From the NCBI GenBank assembly GCA_900316685.1, contig ONDS01000012.1, positions 9,920-73,919 on the forward strand: DNA of 64,000 nucleotides, given 5' to 3'. The stretch's first letter is position 1. Each line of letters starts with the position of its first letter. The notes below the pieces were generated by a model. The model was not told where the DNA came from and did not search any database. It saw nothing but the letters and a program-made list of their open reading frames with translations. The position numbers and the translations under genes were made by a program. This document shows, piece after piece, positions 1 through 10,139 of the stretch. The DNA comes from an uncultured Prevotellaceae bacterium. Lineage in GTDB: Bacteria > Bacteroidota > Bacteroidia > Bacteroidales > Bacteroidaceae.

Positions 1-8
1 TTTTTTTT

Positions 9-135
9 GGGGAGTTTGGGAGTTTGGGAGTTTAGACAATAGTCTTTTGGGGGGACTTTTTCGTTATTACGTTATATCGTTATTACGACATTTTATATTT
101 CATATCTCTTGCTCCTTGCCCCTTGCTCCTTACCC
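9..135. repeat. Cluster of short-period intergenic repeats downstream of nadA
   Basis: (GGGAGTTT)x3 + GACAATAGTC at 10-44; CGTTATTA-type units at 61-90 whose reverse complement recurs at about 44638-44666; CTTGCTCC units at about 108-131. Confidence 0.7.
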
Positions 136-147
136 CTTTATATAGTA

Positions 148-1140
148 TCAGGAAAGTTCCAGCATCCTGTTGATTGGTTTGACCGCCTCCTTGGCTATTT
201 CAGCATCCACATCCACCTCTGGCCATTCGTATTTGAGCGCATTGTAAATCTTCAACAGGGTGTTCATCTTCATATAGTCACATTCATTGCAACTGCATCC
301 TACTCCCCCCTCGGAAACCTCCGGTGGTACGGGATAGAAGGTCTTACCTACACATTTACGTTCCATCTCATGCAATATACCCGCTTCTGTGGCCACGATA
401 AACTCTTTCTTATCGCTTTCGATGGCATATTTGAGGATGACAGCCGTACTGCCTACCAAATCGGCAACAGCCAAGACAGGACCCTTACATTCAGGATGGG
501 CGAGGATGACGGCCTCGGGATGCTCCTTCTTCAATGCCAGGATGCCATCCACCGAAAAACGCTCATGCACATGGCAACCACCATTCCAAAGCAACATGTT
601 GCGGCCTGTTATACTGTTGATATAACTGCCCAGATTATAATCGGGTCCGAAAATCAGTTTGGCATCTTTGGGGAACGTATCTACGATTTTCTTCGCATTG
701 CCGGAAGTGACCACTATATCCGTAAGGGCTTTCACGGCTGCGGTGGTATTGACATAGCTCACCACTTGATAGCCCGGATGCTCCTCTTTGTATTTTTTCA
801 GGTCTTCAGCCTTACAGGAGTCAGCCAACGAACAACCGGCATTCAAGTCGGGCACCAACACTTTCTTGTCGGGACAAAGAATCTTGTCTGTTTCCGCCAT
901 GAAATGCACACCACACATCATGATGATGTCGGCATTGGTCTTGGCGGCTTGTTGGGCGAGTGCCAACGAGTCGCCAATGAAATCGGCTATATCCTGTATC
1001 TCACCTTGCGTATAATAATGTGCGAGAATCACTGCGTTCTTTTCCTCACACAGCTTACGTATTTCTTTCTTCAAATCAAAAGACTCATCCACAGGCTCAT
1101 CGATGAATCCTTGCGCTATCCATTCCTTTTTCAACTTCAT
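148..1140 (-). CDS. nadA: Quinolinate synthase A
   Basis: ILAHYY, GDSLALA, CGVHFMAET, GCSLADS, CHVH, AHPEC, C-x-C-x-x-MK motifs; start set at MKLKKEW (1140), not the ORF-track start. Confidence 0.95.
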   Translation of the reverse strand: MKLKKEWIAQGFIDEPVDESFDLKKEIRKLCEEKNAVILAHYYTQGEIQDIADFIGDSLALAQQAAKTNADIIMMCGVHFMAETDKILCPDKKVLVPDLNAGCSLADSCKAEDLKKYKEEHPGYQVVSYVNTTAAVKALTDIVVTSGNAKKIVDTFPKDAKLIFGPDYNLGSYINSITGRNMLLWNGGCHVHERFSVDGILALKKEHPEAVILAHPECKGPVLAVADLVGSTAVILKYAIESDKKEFIVATEAGILHEMERKCVGKTFYPVPPEVSEGGVGCSCNECDYMKMNTLLKIYNALKYEWPEVDVDAEIAKEAVKPINRMLELS

Positions 1141-1520
1141 ATCATTATTATTTTTGTTTTTTATTTTTAAAAAGAAATTTATTGATGATAATGATAGGAT
1201 GTGGAAAATGTGCATAACTTTTGATAGAAAAAGGACATTATATCTTATCAACCATCCAAGATGGGTTATCAACATCATGGGTGGATATTTATTCCTTGAT
1301 TTTCAGTTGTTATCACACTTTATCCACAATTCACCAATTTGGTGCAAATTTAATAAGTTTATATCTTTTTTCATGTAAAAAGTATGGAAAACTTTTGTAA
1401 AAGGTGTTTTTAAAAAGATTTTTTCCACCATTTTTCTTCTCTCAAAATAATCCTCATTTTTATCCACATATTTTTCCATGGGTTTTCCACATAGTTATCC
1501 ACAGAATAGAAACTTAGTTA
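1141..1520. other. Putative chromosomal replication origin (oriC)
   Basis: Perfect TTATCCACA at 1320-1328, 1460-1468, 1495-1503; one-mismatch boxes at 1200-1208, 1209-1217 (both reverse), 1266-1274, 1483-1491; AT-rich tract 1141-1183. Confidence 0.85.
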
Positions 1521-1711
1521 TTCAACTTCCTCAAGCTCCGCTTGCCTTGTAGATAAAAGGAGTTAGAAGAAGACAGAGGAAGATAAAAGACATTAGTTTT
1601 GCTGCATAAACACTGCAATATCTTCTAAACATGCGAAAGTTGAATGAGTTATATAAAATCATGGAAAATCGATTTTCCTTTCCTAATAATCCATTTAATA
1701 CAAAAAATGAT

Positions 1712-1719
1712 TAACTTTG
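1712..1719 (+). promoter_or_regulatory. Bacteroidetes -7 promoter box for mutS
   Basis: TAACTTTG matches TAnnTTTG, about 47 bp before the ATG. Confidence 0.6.
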
Positions 1720-1765
1720 TAGCGAAAAGCCAAATCATTGTATTTAAATACCCTTCATTATCCAA

Positions 1766-4390
1766 ATGGCGACAAAAGATAAAGGATTGACTCCTATGAT
1801 GAAGCAGTTCTTCACGCTGAAGGCCAAACATCCTGATGCGCTGATGCTGTTTCGTTGCGGTGATTTCTATGAGACATATTGTCAGGATGCCATCGATGCA
1901 TCAAAAATTCTGGGCATCACACTGACAAAAAGAAATAATGGCGGCACCTCTGGCAGTGCTGAGATGGCTGGTTTTCCACATCATGCCCTTGACACTTACC
2001 TGCCCAAACTGATCCGTGCGGGTAGGCGTGTGGCCATCTGCGACCAATTGGAAGATCCCAAGATGACCAAGACCTTGGTAAAAAGAGGTATTACCGAACT
2101 GGTTACTCCTGGCGTGGCCATCAACGACAATGTGCTTAATTATAAGGAGAATAATTTTCTGGCTGCCATACACTTCGGTAAGAGTGCTTGTGGTGTTTCC
2201 TTTCTTGATATCAGTACGGGAGAATTTCTCACCGGCCAAGGCACATACGATTATGTAGACAAGCTATTGGGTAATTTCCAACCTAAGGAAGTGTTGTATG
2301 AGCGTACGCGCAAACATGATTTCCAGCAATATTTCGGCACCAAACATTGTGTGTTTGAGTTGGACGATTGGGTGTTTACCGAGGAAACGGCCAAACAAAA
2401 ACTACTGAAGCATTTCCATACTCGTTCGTTGAAGGGTTTTGGCATCGACCATCTACGCGAAGGTGTCATAGCCTCGGGAGCCATCCTTCAGTATTTGGAA
2501 CTGACACAACATACCCAAATCAACCATATCACCACGCTTTCGCGTATTGAGGAGGATAAATATGTAAGGTTGGATAAATTCACCATCCGTTCCTTGGAAC
2601 TTTTGACTCCCATGCAGGATGAAGGATCGTCGCTATTGGATGTGATAGACAAGACAATCACTCCTATGGGAGGTCGTCTGTTGAAACGTTGGGTGGTTTT
2701 TCCATTGAAAGACTTACGGTTGATCAACGAACGGCATGATGTAGTGGATTATTTTTTCCGTGAGCCTGACTTCAGGCAGTGTATCCATGAACAGTTGGAA
2801 AACATTTCCGATCTGGAGAGAATTATCTCGCGTGTGGCTGCCGCTCGGGTTTCTCCTCGCGAAGTGGTACAGCTAAAAGTAGCCTTGCAGGCTTTGGTTC
2901 CTATCAAATCGGCGTGTGAACAAGCCGACAATGAGGTGTTGCGTCAATTAGGCAGGCAAATCAATCTATGTGAGGTGTTGCGCGACCGTATCCAAAAGGA
3001 AGTGTTTGAGGATTCACCACTGTTGGTGAATAAAGGTCATGTCATCAAGGAGGGTGTGGATGCAACACTCGACGAGTTGCGTAATATAGCCTATAGCGGC
3101 AAGGATTATCTTTTGAAAATACAGGAAAGGGAAACGGAACTGACGGGTATAAGCAGTCTGAAGATAGGTTATAACAATGTGTTCGGCTATTACTTGGAAG
3201 TACGCAATACTTATAAGGACAAGGTGCCTGCCGACTGGGTGCGCAAGCAGACCTTGGCACAAGCCGAACGTTATATCACCCAGGAATTGAAGGAATACGA
3301 GGAGAAAATCCTTGGAGCCGAAGAGAAAATCCTGTCGTTTGAAACCCGTCTTTTCAACGAATTGGTAATGGCCATCCAGGAATTCATTCCTGCCATACAG
3401 ATCAATGCCAACCTGTTGGCTCACCTCGATTGTCTGCTCTCTTTCACCCAAGTGGCTGAGGAAAACCATTATATCCGTCCTGAGATGGATGATTCCGAGG
3501 TTATCGACATCAAGCAGGGGCGTCATCCCGTCATAGAAACCCAACTGCCATTAGGTGAGCGTTATGTGCCCAATGATATTTTTCTTGACAACGAGAAACA
3601 ACAGATCATCATCATCACGGGTCCCAATATGGCTGGTAAATCGGCATTGTTGCGACAAACGGCCTTGATTGTGCTGCTCTCGCAAATAGGTAGCTTTGTG
3701 CCTGCCGAACGAGCGAGAATCGGTTTGGTGGATAAGATATTCACGCGCGTGGGTGCCTCTGACAATCTTTCGCAGGGTGAGAGTACGTTTATGGTGGAGA
3801 TGACCGAGGCTTCGAACATACTCAACAATGTGTCTACCCGTTCCCTGGTATTGTTTGATGAGTTGGGACGAGGCACTTCCACCTACGATGGTATTTCTAT
3901 CGCGTGGGCCATTGTGGAATATCTGCACGAACAACCGCGTGCGCATGCCCGTACTTTGTTTGCCACTCACTATCATGAGTTGAATGAGATGGAAAAACAT
4001 TTCTCTCGTATCAAAAACTACAATGTGAGTGTGAAAGAAGTGGACAACAAGGTGATATTCCTGCGTAAGTTGGAGCGTGGTGGTTCGGAACACTCTTTCG
4101 GTATCCATGTGGCGGAGATAGCAGGTATGCCCCGAAGCATCATCAAACGGGCCAATATCATCTTGAAACAGTTGGAGAGTGAGAACGCCCAAGTGGGTAA
4201 TGCAGGAAAACCCAAGACCGAGGTATTAGGTCAGAGTCGTGAGGGAATGCAACTGAGTTTCTTCCAATTGGACGACCCTGTACTCAGCCAGATACGCGAC
4301 GAGATTATCGGTCTTGACATCAACAACCTCACTCCTATGGATGCACTCAACAAGTTGCACGGCATCAAACGCATCTTGACAGGAAAATGA
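1766..4390 (+). CDS. mutS: DNA mismatch repair protein MutS
   Basis: [22 protein letters not shown] Walker [23 protein letters not shown]; C-terminal QLSFF clamp motif. Confidence 0.98.
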   Translation: MATKDKGLTPMMKQFFTLKAKHPDALMLFRCGDFYETYCQDAIDASKILGITLTKRNNGGTSGSAEMAGFPHHALDTYLPKLIRAGRRVAICDQLEDPKMTKTLVKRGITELVTPGVAINDNVLNYKENNFLAAIHFGKSACGVSFLDISTGEFLTGQGTYDYVDKLLGNFQPKEVLYERTRKHDFQQYFGTKHCVFELDDWVFTEETAKQKLLKHFHTRSLKGFGIDHLREGVIASGAILQYLELTQHTQINHITTLSRIEEDKYVRLDKFTIRSLELLTPMQDEGSSLLDVIDKTITPMGGRLLKRWVVFPLKDLRLINERHDVVDYFFREPDFRQCIHEQLENISDLERIISRVAAARVSPREVVQLKVALQALVPIKSACEQADNEVLRQLGRQINLCEVLRDRIQKEVFEDSPLLVNKGHVIKEGVDATLDELRNIAYSGKDYLLKIQERETELTGISSLKIGYNNVFGYYLEVRNTYKDKVPADWVRKQTLAQAERYITQELKEYEEKILGAEEKILSFETRLFNELVMAIQEFIPAIQINANLLAHLDCLLSFTQVAEENHYIRPEMDDSEVIDIKQGRHPVIETQLPLGERYVPNDIFLDNEKQQIIIITGPNMAGKSALLRQTALIVLLSQIGSFVPAERARIGLVDKIFTRVGASDNLSQGESTFMVEMTEASNILNNVSTRSLVLFDELGRGTSTYDGISIAWAIVEYLHEQPRAHARTLFATHYHELNEMEKHFSRIKNYNVSVKEVDNKVIFLRKLERGGSEHSFGIHVAEIAGMPRSIIKRANIILKQLESENAQVGNAGKPKTEVLGQSREGMQLSFFQLDDPVLSQIRDEIIGLDINNLTPMDALNKLHGIKRILTGK

Positions 4391-4424
4391 TTGAAAGATA
4401 ATACGATGGTGTAGAAGTTAATAA

Positions 4425-5192
4425 TCACTTACCATACATCATCCAATACTTCCTCTCTTCATCCGTCATCTTTTCGATGGCATAGCGTAAGGTGGTGCGG
4501 GGCATATTATCTGCATGCTGGCGCAGGAAATCGCGGAGGAGTTCCATGTCGACCCGCTTCCCCATCTCACGGAGCATCCAGCCTACGGCCTTGTGCATGA
4601 GGTCGTGGGGATGGTGTAGGTGTATCTCTGCATAACGTAGGCACCATGAAGGATCGCCCATCTTCGAAGTCATCCAGGTGCATACCATGCTCATGCGCTG
4701 CCTCCAGAGATTGTCGCTCTGTGCCAATTCGTCTACCACCTGTTGTTTCTCCTTAACGATATGCGTTGGCAGCATGAGCCATTGGCCAAGGATATAAGGA
4801 GCTGACAAATCTACCAAATCCCAGTTGTTGGCCTGTTCGGCGTAATTGAGATAGAGTGTCAGGATATCGTCACGCTGGCTGATGGCTTCTTCGTCGCTGG
4901 AGAGTTTCTTCACGGCCAGCTTCTTGAATTTCTCTGCCATGATGAGCAATCCACAGAGCCGAACCTCATGCCAAGGTGACTTTAACAATTCAGGAATCCC
5001 GCAAAGATCCATATCATGTGCTACATGTTTTACTACCTCCCGAGTCTGTGGCACCTTCAATCCCAGAAATTCGTCGCCATGGCCATATTCACCTTCTCCG
5101 GTCTTGAAGAACCGCATGAGCACCAGCCGTTGCTCCTCGTTGCGCAACGACTCCATATAGCTGATAATATCTTTTGCAGTTGATTTCTTCAT
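4425..5192 (-). CDS. DNA alkylation repair protein (AlkD-like)
   Basis: FFKTGEGEYG, NNWDLVD, KAVGWMLRE, MPRTTLRYAIE family motifs. Confidence 0.85.
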   Translation of the reverse strand: MKKSTAKDIISYMESLRNEEQRLVLMRFFKTGEGEYGHGDEFLGLKVPQTREVVKHVAHDMDLCGIPELLKSPWHEVRLCGLLIMAEKFKKLAVKKLSSDEEAISQRDDILTLYLNYAEQANNWDLVDLSAPYILGQWLMLPTHIVKEKQQVVDELAQSDNLWRQRMSMVCTWMTSKMGDPSWCLRYAEIHLHHPHDLMHKAVGWMLREMGKRVDMELLRDFLRQHADNMPRTTLRYAIEKMTDEERKYWMMYGK

Positions 5193-5197
5193 ATTCT

Positions 5198-5767
5198 TTA
5201 AGTTTGGCACACCAAGTGTTTCATAGGATGTCCGCCCCACATCTCATCGTTGACATATCTAAAGCCAGCTGAGGCGTATAGTGCCTCACCTGTAGGATTG
5301 CTCTTGTCAACTAACAGTCCGACACAACAGAGAGCCATATTGGCCGCACGTTCTCTGGTGGCTTTCAGTAGCTGCATGGCTATTCCCTGTCGACGATGGG
5401 ATGGCAATACAGCGAGGGAGTCGAGATAGAGTTCACCTGCCTGTGTCTCATCATCCATACCTGTATGGTCTTTGCCGATATACTGTTTGGCGTAATTGAT
5501 GAACACCTGACGGAGTTCATGTAACCGACCACCATCGTAACTAACGGAAATGCCGACAACTCTTTCTCCTTCCATCGCTACCAAGGTGTTTTTGTAACTG
5601 TATTGTGAATCTTCACGTTCTACGAGACAGGTCATCATCCGCTGGAAATCGTCCAGTCCATATCCCTCACCACAAAAGTATAGACAGCATTCATCAGTCA
5701 TGGCCATCATAATCAGCCTGGCTATGTCTGCCGCCTGTTCACGTTTGGCTTTTCGTATCGTTATCAT
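5198..5767 (-). CDS. GNAT family N-acetyltransferase
   Basis: LYLDSLAVLPSHRRQGIA acetyl-CoA motif A; N...ALYASAGF. Confidence 0.9.
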   Translation of the reverse strand: MITIRKAKREQAADIARLIMMAMTDECCLYFCGEGYGLDDFQRMMTCLVEREDSQYSYKNTLVAMEGERVVGISVSYDGGRLHELRQVFINYAKQYIGKDHTGMDDETQAGELYLDSLAVLPSHRRQGIAMQLLKATRERAANMALCCVGLLVDKSNPTGEALYASAGFRYVNDEMWGGHPMKHLVCQT

Positions 5768-5867
5768 TTTATTCTTTCTCTTTTTATGGATGCAAAGTTA
5801 ATCAATAAATATGATAAAGGAGTAGAATACCAAAACAGAAATGAAGGTAAATCCAGCTGGAAGCGAC

Positions 5868-5909
5868 AAAAAAATGCCCCCTAACTTACCATGAGTCAGA
5901 GGGCATTTA
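5868..5909 (-). terminator. Likely intrinsic terminator after korB
   Basis: AAATGCCC...GGGCATTT stem with an A-tract on the + strand (U-tract on the - strand). Confidence 0.55.
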
Positions 5910-5928
5910 AATTATGAATGTTCAATGT

Positions 5929-6936
5929 TCAATGAACTTCCCATGTATCATTGGTCATGAGCAGCTCTTCGAAGTTGTGATATTTCTTCTGGGCGCTCAC
6001 CTGCGCTATCTGCTCGTGCACCGCTGCTTCGTAGGTAGGAGCTTCCACATCGCGAATGACACCGAGAGCCACGGGGAATCCGTTCTCGGGATCCATCATC
6101 GCCAGTTTAAGTTGTAGTGTATTGTCTTCGCAATGGGCGTCGTGGGTGAGGATATCGTCGAGTGTGATACCGTTTTCACCTATCTTCACCACCTTCAGTC
6201 CGAAGCCCTCCTGCATGAGGCCGTATTCATCGTTCTCACCGAACACGAGTTTCTCGCCATGACGCACATAGATGGCGTTCTTCTTTCGCCCTTCCTTATT
6301 ATATACACAGTCGTGCGTACCGTTGTTGAAGATAACACAGTTCTGCAGTATCTCGCATACGGCGGCTCCCTTGTGCTCATAGGCTGCCTTGAGGATGTCG
6401 ACGGTGCCCTGCGCATCGGTAGCCACGGCACGTGCAAAGAATCGGCCACGGGCACCGAAGCAGAGTTCGGCTGGTCGGAACGGATCTTCGACGGTGCCAT
6501 AAGGACTTGACTTCGACACGAAGCCACGCGGGCTGGTGGGTGAGTACTGTCCCTTGGTCAGTCCGTAGATACGGTTGTTGAGCAGTATCATGTTCAGGTC
6601 GATATTACGACGCATGGCATGGATGAAGTGGTTGCCGCCGATGGCCAGTCCGTCGCCATCGCCGCTCACCTGCCAGATGGTGAGATTGGGGTTGGCTACC
6701 TTGGCACCTGTGGCTATGGCAGCCGCACGACCATGGATGGTCTGCATGGCGTAGGTATTGACATAATACGGCAGACGGCTGGAGCAGCCGATGCCAGAGA
6801 TGACGGCCATCTCATGTGGAGCTACACCCACCTCTGCCATGGCCTTATGCAACGAGGCCAGGAAGAAATGGTCACCACAACCCGGGCACCAACGAGGTTG
6901 CCCTTTTTTATAATCGGAAGAACTAAACTGTTTCAT
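5929..6936 (-). CDS. korB: 2-oxoacid:ferredoxin oxidoreductase beta subunit
   Basis: WCPGCGD, SGIGCSSR, HGRA, GDGD TPP motif, NNRIYGLTKGQYSPT. Confidence 0.93.
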   Translation of the reverse strand: MKQFSSSDYKKGQPRWCPGCGDHFFLASLHKAMAEVGVAPHEMAVISGIGCSSRLPYYVNTYAMQTIHGRAAAIATGAKVANPNLTIWQVSGDGDGLAIGGNHFIHAMRRNIDLNMILLNNRIYGLTKGQYSPTSPRGFVSKSSPYGTVEDPFRPAELCFGARGRFFARAVATDAQGTVDILKAAYEHKGAAVCEILQNCVIFNNGTHDCVYNKEGRKKNAIYVRHGEKLVFGENDEYGLMQEGFGLKVVKIGENGITLDDILTHDAHCEDNTLQLKLAMMDPENGFPVALGVIRDVEAPTYEAAVHEQIAQVSAQKKYHNFEELLMTNDTWEVH

Positions 6937-6952
6937 TATTTTAATTTTTTTT

Positions 6953-7448
6953 ACAACGAATTACACGAATTACACGAATTATCTTTCCCCTTTTGTTCAT
7001 CACAATCGTTACCAAGGTCTTATCCTATTGGAAATCTCTCACTTACAAGCGATAGTTCACCAAAATTCAGTAACAGGGATAATTTATAATCAGCAACTTT
7101 AGCGTAATTAATGGCTTGGGAACGATGTACGTCATCAAGCACCTTTACCGCTTTCAATTCAACAATTATTTTTTCATAACAAATGAAATCGGGCACAAAA
7201 GTGCCACCTAATATCACACCTTTGTATGAAACGTGTAGAGATGTTTCACGCTGATAAGGAATGTTCCTTTCACGAAATTCTATCTCCAATGCATCTTGAT
7301 ACACTTTTTCCGTAAAACCTGGACCAAGAATACTATGGACTTTCATCGCCGCTCCTATAATTTGGTAAGCCTCTTCTGAATATCTTATAAGCTGTTTATT
7401 CATATATAGACAATCCGAAAAATTCGTGAAATTCGTGAAATTCGTTGT
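6953..7448. mobile_element. GxxExxY cassette bounded by 28-bp inverted arms
   Basis: ACAACGAATTACACGAATTACACGAATT (6953-6980) versus AATTCGTGAAATTCGTGAAATTCGTTGT (7421-7448), 26/28 complementary; visibly AT-richer than korA/korB. Confidence 0.7.
7020..7403 (-). CDS. GxxExxY family protein (PD-(D/E)xK-like fold)
   Basis: LGPGFTEKVY signature, PDF...IIVELKAV, QAINY, LLLNFG. Confidence 0.92.
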   Translation of the reverse strand: MNKQLIRYSEEAYQIIGAAMKVHSILGPGFTEKVYQDALEIEFRERNIPYQRETSLHVSYKGVILGGTFVPDFICYEKIIVELKAVKVLDDVHRSQAINYAKVADYKLSLLLNFGELSLVSERFPIG

Positions 7449-7478
7449 TTTATCCCATTATATAATAGCTATTTAACA

Positions 7479-9323
7479 TTAAATTAGCGTCTCAAAAAAG
7501 GAGGACAGTTCTTTCACTACGAAGGGTTGGCCCTTGACCTGATTGAACTGGTAGGGAATGAAGCCGTCGACCTTGGTGCGCAGATACGCAGCCAACTGAC
7601 CGAGGTTCTGTTCCGCCACCACCACCTTCGGGTACTTCTTCAATACCTCGGCAGTGTTCTTAGGCAGTGGGTTGATGAATTCGAAGTGGGCGTGAGCCAC
7701 CTTGTGACCCTTCTGCCGCAAGTCTTCCATGGCAGAGTAGAGATGTCCGTAAGTGCCGCCGAAGCCCACGATGAGCAACTCGGCATCGTCGACATCACCC
7801 TCCACTTGCAGGTCGGGCACGGCGATGCGTGCCACCTTGTCAGCACGTAGGCGACACATCTGGTCGTGGTTTTCGGGGTCGGTGCTGATGGCACCTGTCT
7901 TGCCGTCCTTCTCCAGACCGCCGAGGATATGGGTGTAACCCTCTTGTCCCGGGATGGCCCAGTAACGCACCAGCGACTCCTCATCGCGGAAATACGGGGT
8001 GTAGTTGCCCTTCATCTCCGGCGTGACATAATGAGGATGGATCTCCGGCAGTTCCGCCATCTTGGGCAGACGCCAAGCAGCAGAACCATTGGCCACGAAG
8101 GCATCGGTGAGCAGTACCACGGGGGTGAGATGCTCAAGCGCTATCTTGGCAGCGGCATAGGCTGCATCGAAACAGTTGGTGGGCGAGGTGGCGGCGATCA
8201 CCGGCATGGGCGACTCGCCGTTACGTCCGTAGAGCACCTGGAGCAGGTCGGTCTGTTCGCTCTTGGTGGGCAGACCTGTGGAGGGTCCACCGCGTTGTAC
8301 GTCGATGATGACCAGCGGCAGCTCGTCGATGACGGCAAGGTTCATCGCCTCTGATTTTAGGCAGATGCCTGGTCCGGAGGTGGAGGTAGCCGCCAAGGCT
8401 CCAGCGAAGGAAGCACCGATGGCGCTGGCAGCGCCCGATATCTCGTCTTCGCACTGCACGGTCATCACGCCGAGCGATTTATGTTTCGACAACTCATGGA
8501 GTATGTCGGTGGCCGGTGTGATGGGATAGGAACCGAGGAAGAGCTTGAGTCCTGCTTTCTCGGCGGCAGCTATCAGTCCGTAGGCCGTGGCTTTGTTGCC
8601 AGTGATGTCCATATACCGTCCGGGCTCTTTCACTTTCGACTCTATGCGGTAAGTGGCGGGAACGGAGGCGTGTACGTTATGTCCATAGTCGTAGCCTGCC
8701 TGCACCACCTTGATGTTGCTCTCGGCGATGGCGGGTTTCTTGGCGAATTTCTCACGCAGGAAATTATTCACCAGGTTCAGGTCGCGGTTGAAGAGCCAGC
8801 AGACGAGTCCCAGTGCGAACATGTTGCGGCATTTCAGGATAGCCTTGTTGTCCATGCCGCTGTCGGCGAGACAGTTCTTCACCATCGTGGTCAAGGGGCA
8901 TTGCACCACACGGTCGGCATCGATGCCCATCTCGCCGAGGTAGTCGTCGGTGGCGAACTGTGCCTTCTTCAAATCGTTAGGTCCGAAGGAGTCGGTATCG
9001 ATGATGATGGTGGCCTGAGGTTTGGCGTAGCGATACTGGGTTTTCAGTGCCGCGGCATTCATCGCCACCAGCACGTCGCATAGGTCGCCGGGTGTGTATA
9101 CCTTACCTGAGCCGATATGCACCTGGAATCCGCTCACGCCCGTGAGCGATCCTTGCGGAGCGCGGATGTCGGCGGGATAGTCGGGGAACGTGGATATGCC
9201 ATTGCCCACTGAGGCCGACACCGTAGAGAAGATGTTTCCGGCGAGTTGCATACCATCGCCGGAGTCGCCCGAGAAACGGACCACTACTTGTTCTAATTCT
9301 TTCACTTCCAATGCTTCAGCCAT
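7479..9323 (-). CDS. korA: 2-oxoacid:acceptor oxidoreductase alpha subunit
   Basis: FSGDSGDGMQL, YPITP, EDEI, TSGPG, QRGGPSTGLPTK. Confidence 0.93.
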   Translation of the reverse strand: MAEALEVKELEQVVVRFSGDSGDGMQLAGNIFSTVSASVGNGISTFPDYPADIRAPQGSLTGVSGFQVHIGSGKVYTPGDLCDVLVAMNAAALKTQYRYAKPQATIIIDTDSFGPNDLKKAQFATDDYLGEMGIDADRVVQCPLTTMVKNCLADSGMDNKAILKCRNMFALGLVCWLFNRDLNLVNNFLREKFAKKPAIAESNIKVVQAGYDYGHNVHASVPATYRIESKVKEPGRYMDITGNKATAYGLIAAAEKAGLKLFLGSYPITPATDILHELSKHKSLGVMTVQCEDEISGAASAIGASFAGALAATSTSGPGICLKSEAMNLAVIDELPLVIIDVQRGGPSTGLPTKSEQTDLLQVLYGRNGESPMPVIAATSPTNCFDAAYAAAKIALEHLTPVVLLTDAFVANGSAAWRLPKMAELPEIHPHYVTPEMKGNYTPYFRDEESLVRYWAIPGQEGYTHILGGLEKDGKTGAISTDPENHDQMCRLRADKVARIAVPDLQVEGDVDDAELLIVGFGGTYGHLYSAMEDLRQKGHKVAHAHFEFINPLPKNTAEVLKKYPKVVVAEQNLGQLAAYLRTKVDGFIPYQFNQVKGQPFVVKELSSFFETLI

Positions 9324-9358
9324 AACTGATAATGATTTTCGTGATTGATACTATTTTT

Positions 9359-9487
9359 TGGAGTTAAAATTCATTTAAATGGGAGTTAAAGTCGAAGTTA
9401 AATAGGACATTGCTTTGCTGTGGACTATTGTCCTGCGCGAAGCGCTTAACTTCCTTTTTACTTCCTCTTATTACTTCCTCTATAACT
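9359..9487. repeat. Degenerate palindromic intergenic repeat
   Basis: GAGTTAAA units facing (T)AACTTCC/TACTTCC units around GACTATTGTC (reverse complement of 35-44) and a GCGAAGC mini-hairpin. Confidence 0.5.
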
Positions 9488-9987
9488 ATGCCTGCAAAGT
9501 TCTTAAATTATCTTGACATGGCAAAATGTTTTAGCATAAAAATTCATTTTTGGCACAAATATTGCAGATTATTGCATTTTTATAACAAAAAGTTCTATGT
9601 TCACATATTTGTCAGCCCGAAAAAGAGAAAATGAAAGGAGGATGGGGCATGTTATTGCGATAGGTGATTTGGAATTGGCCCTTCCGTTCTCTCAGACGTT
9701 TTTCGTAATCTTTCGGCAAAGACATGAAAAATGAATTATACGCCCTAAGTTACACAAAAAATGAAGGAAAAATCGGTTTTTACTGATTTTACCTTCTTTT
9801 GCTCATATAAAGTAAATAACTATTTTTGCACCATATAGTTACTCTTTAAAGGGTTCAAATACTACTAATACCCGAACAGTATTAAAACGCCCGCTCGCAA
9901 TCAAAAGACCGAGGGGTAATCAACTACCCACCCGGACGATTTTACACAATCTTGCGCAAAGTTTGTGAAAAAACGCCAAGGAAACAA

Positions 9988-10060
9988 TGTGGACTTTTGT
10001 GGTTTTTACAAAAGTCCACACTTCATTTTTTGCGTGGAAACAAACCTTATCTTATTTTTG
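9988..10060 (+). promoter_or_regulatory. Palindromic operator plus promoter of the FGE-CHAT operon
   Basis: TGTGGACTTTTGT-N7-ACAAAAGTCCACA (9988-10020), TTTG 10029-10032, TATTTTTG 10053-10060. Confidence 0.75.
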
Positions 10061-10139
10061 CATATAAATAAACGCCTCGCCTCCTTTTAGGTATATGTGA
10101 TGGCGAAGAAAAAGACGCAAACTTACAAAACTACAGCAT

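Noticed and set aside
1141-1278. N-terminal extension of NadA in the ORF track
   Set aside because: It runs through the DnaA-box/AT-rich region; the family-like sequence begins at 1140
7222-7237. Third parS-like sequence TGTTTCACGCTGATAA in the GxxExxY gene
   Set aside because: Only one half-site matches and it is not palindromic
9988-10020. Invertible promoter or terminator reading of this inverted repeat
   Set aside because: The arms are only 7 bp apart and enclose no promoter; the fixed spacing to -33/-7 boxes at two loci fits an operator better
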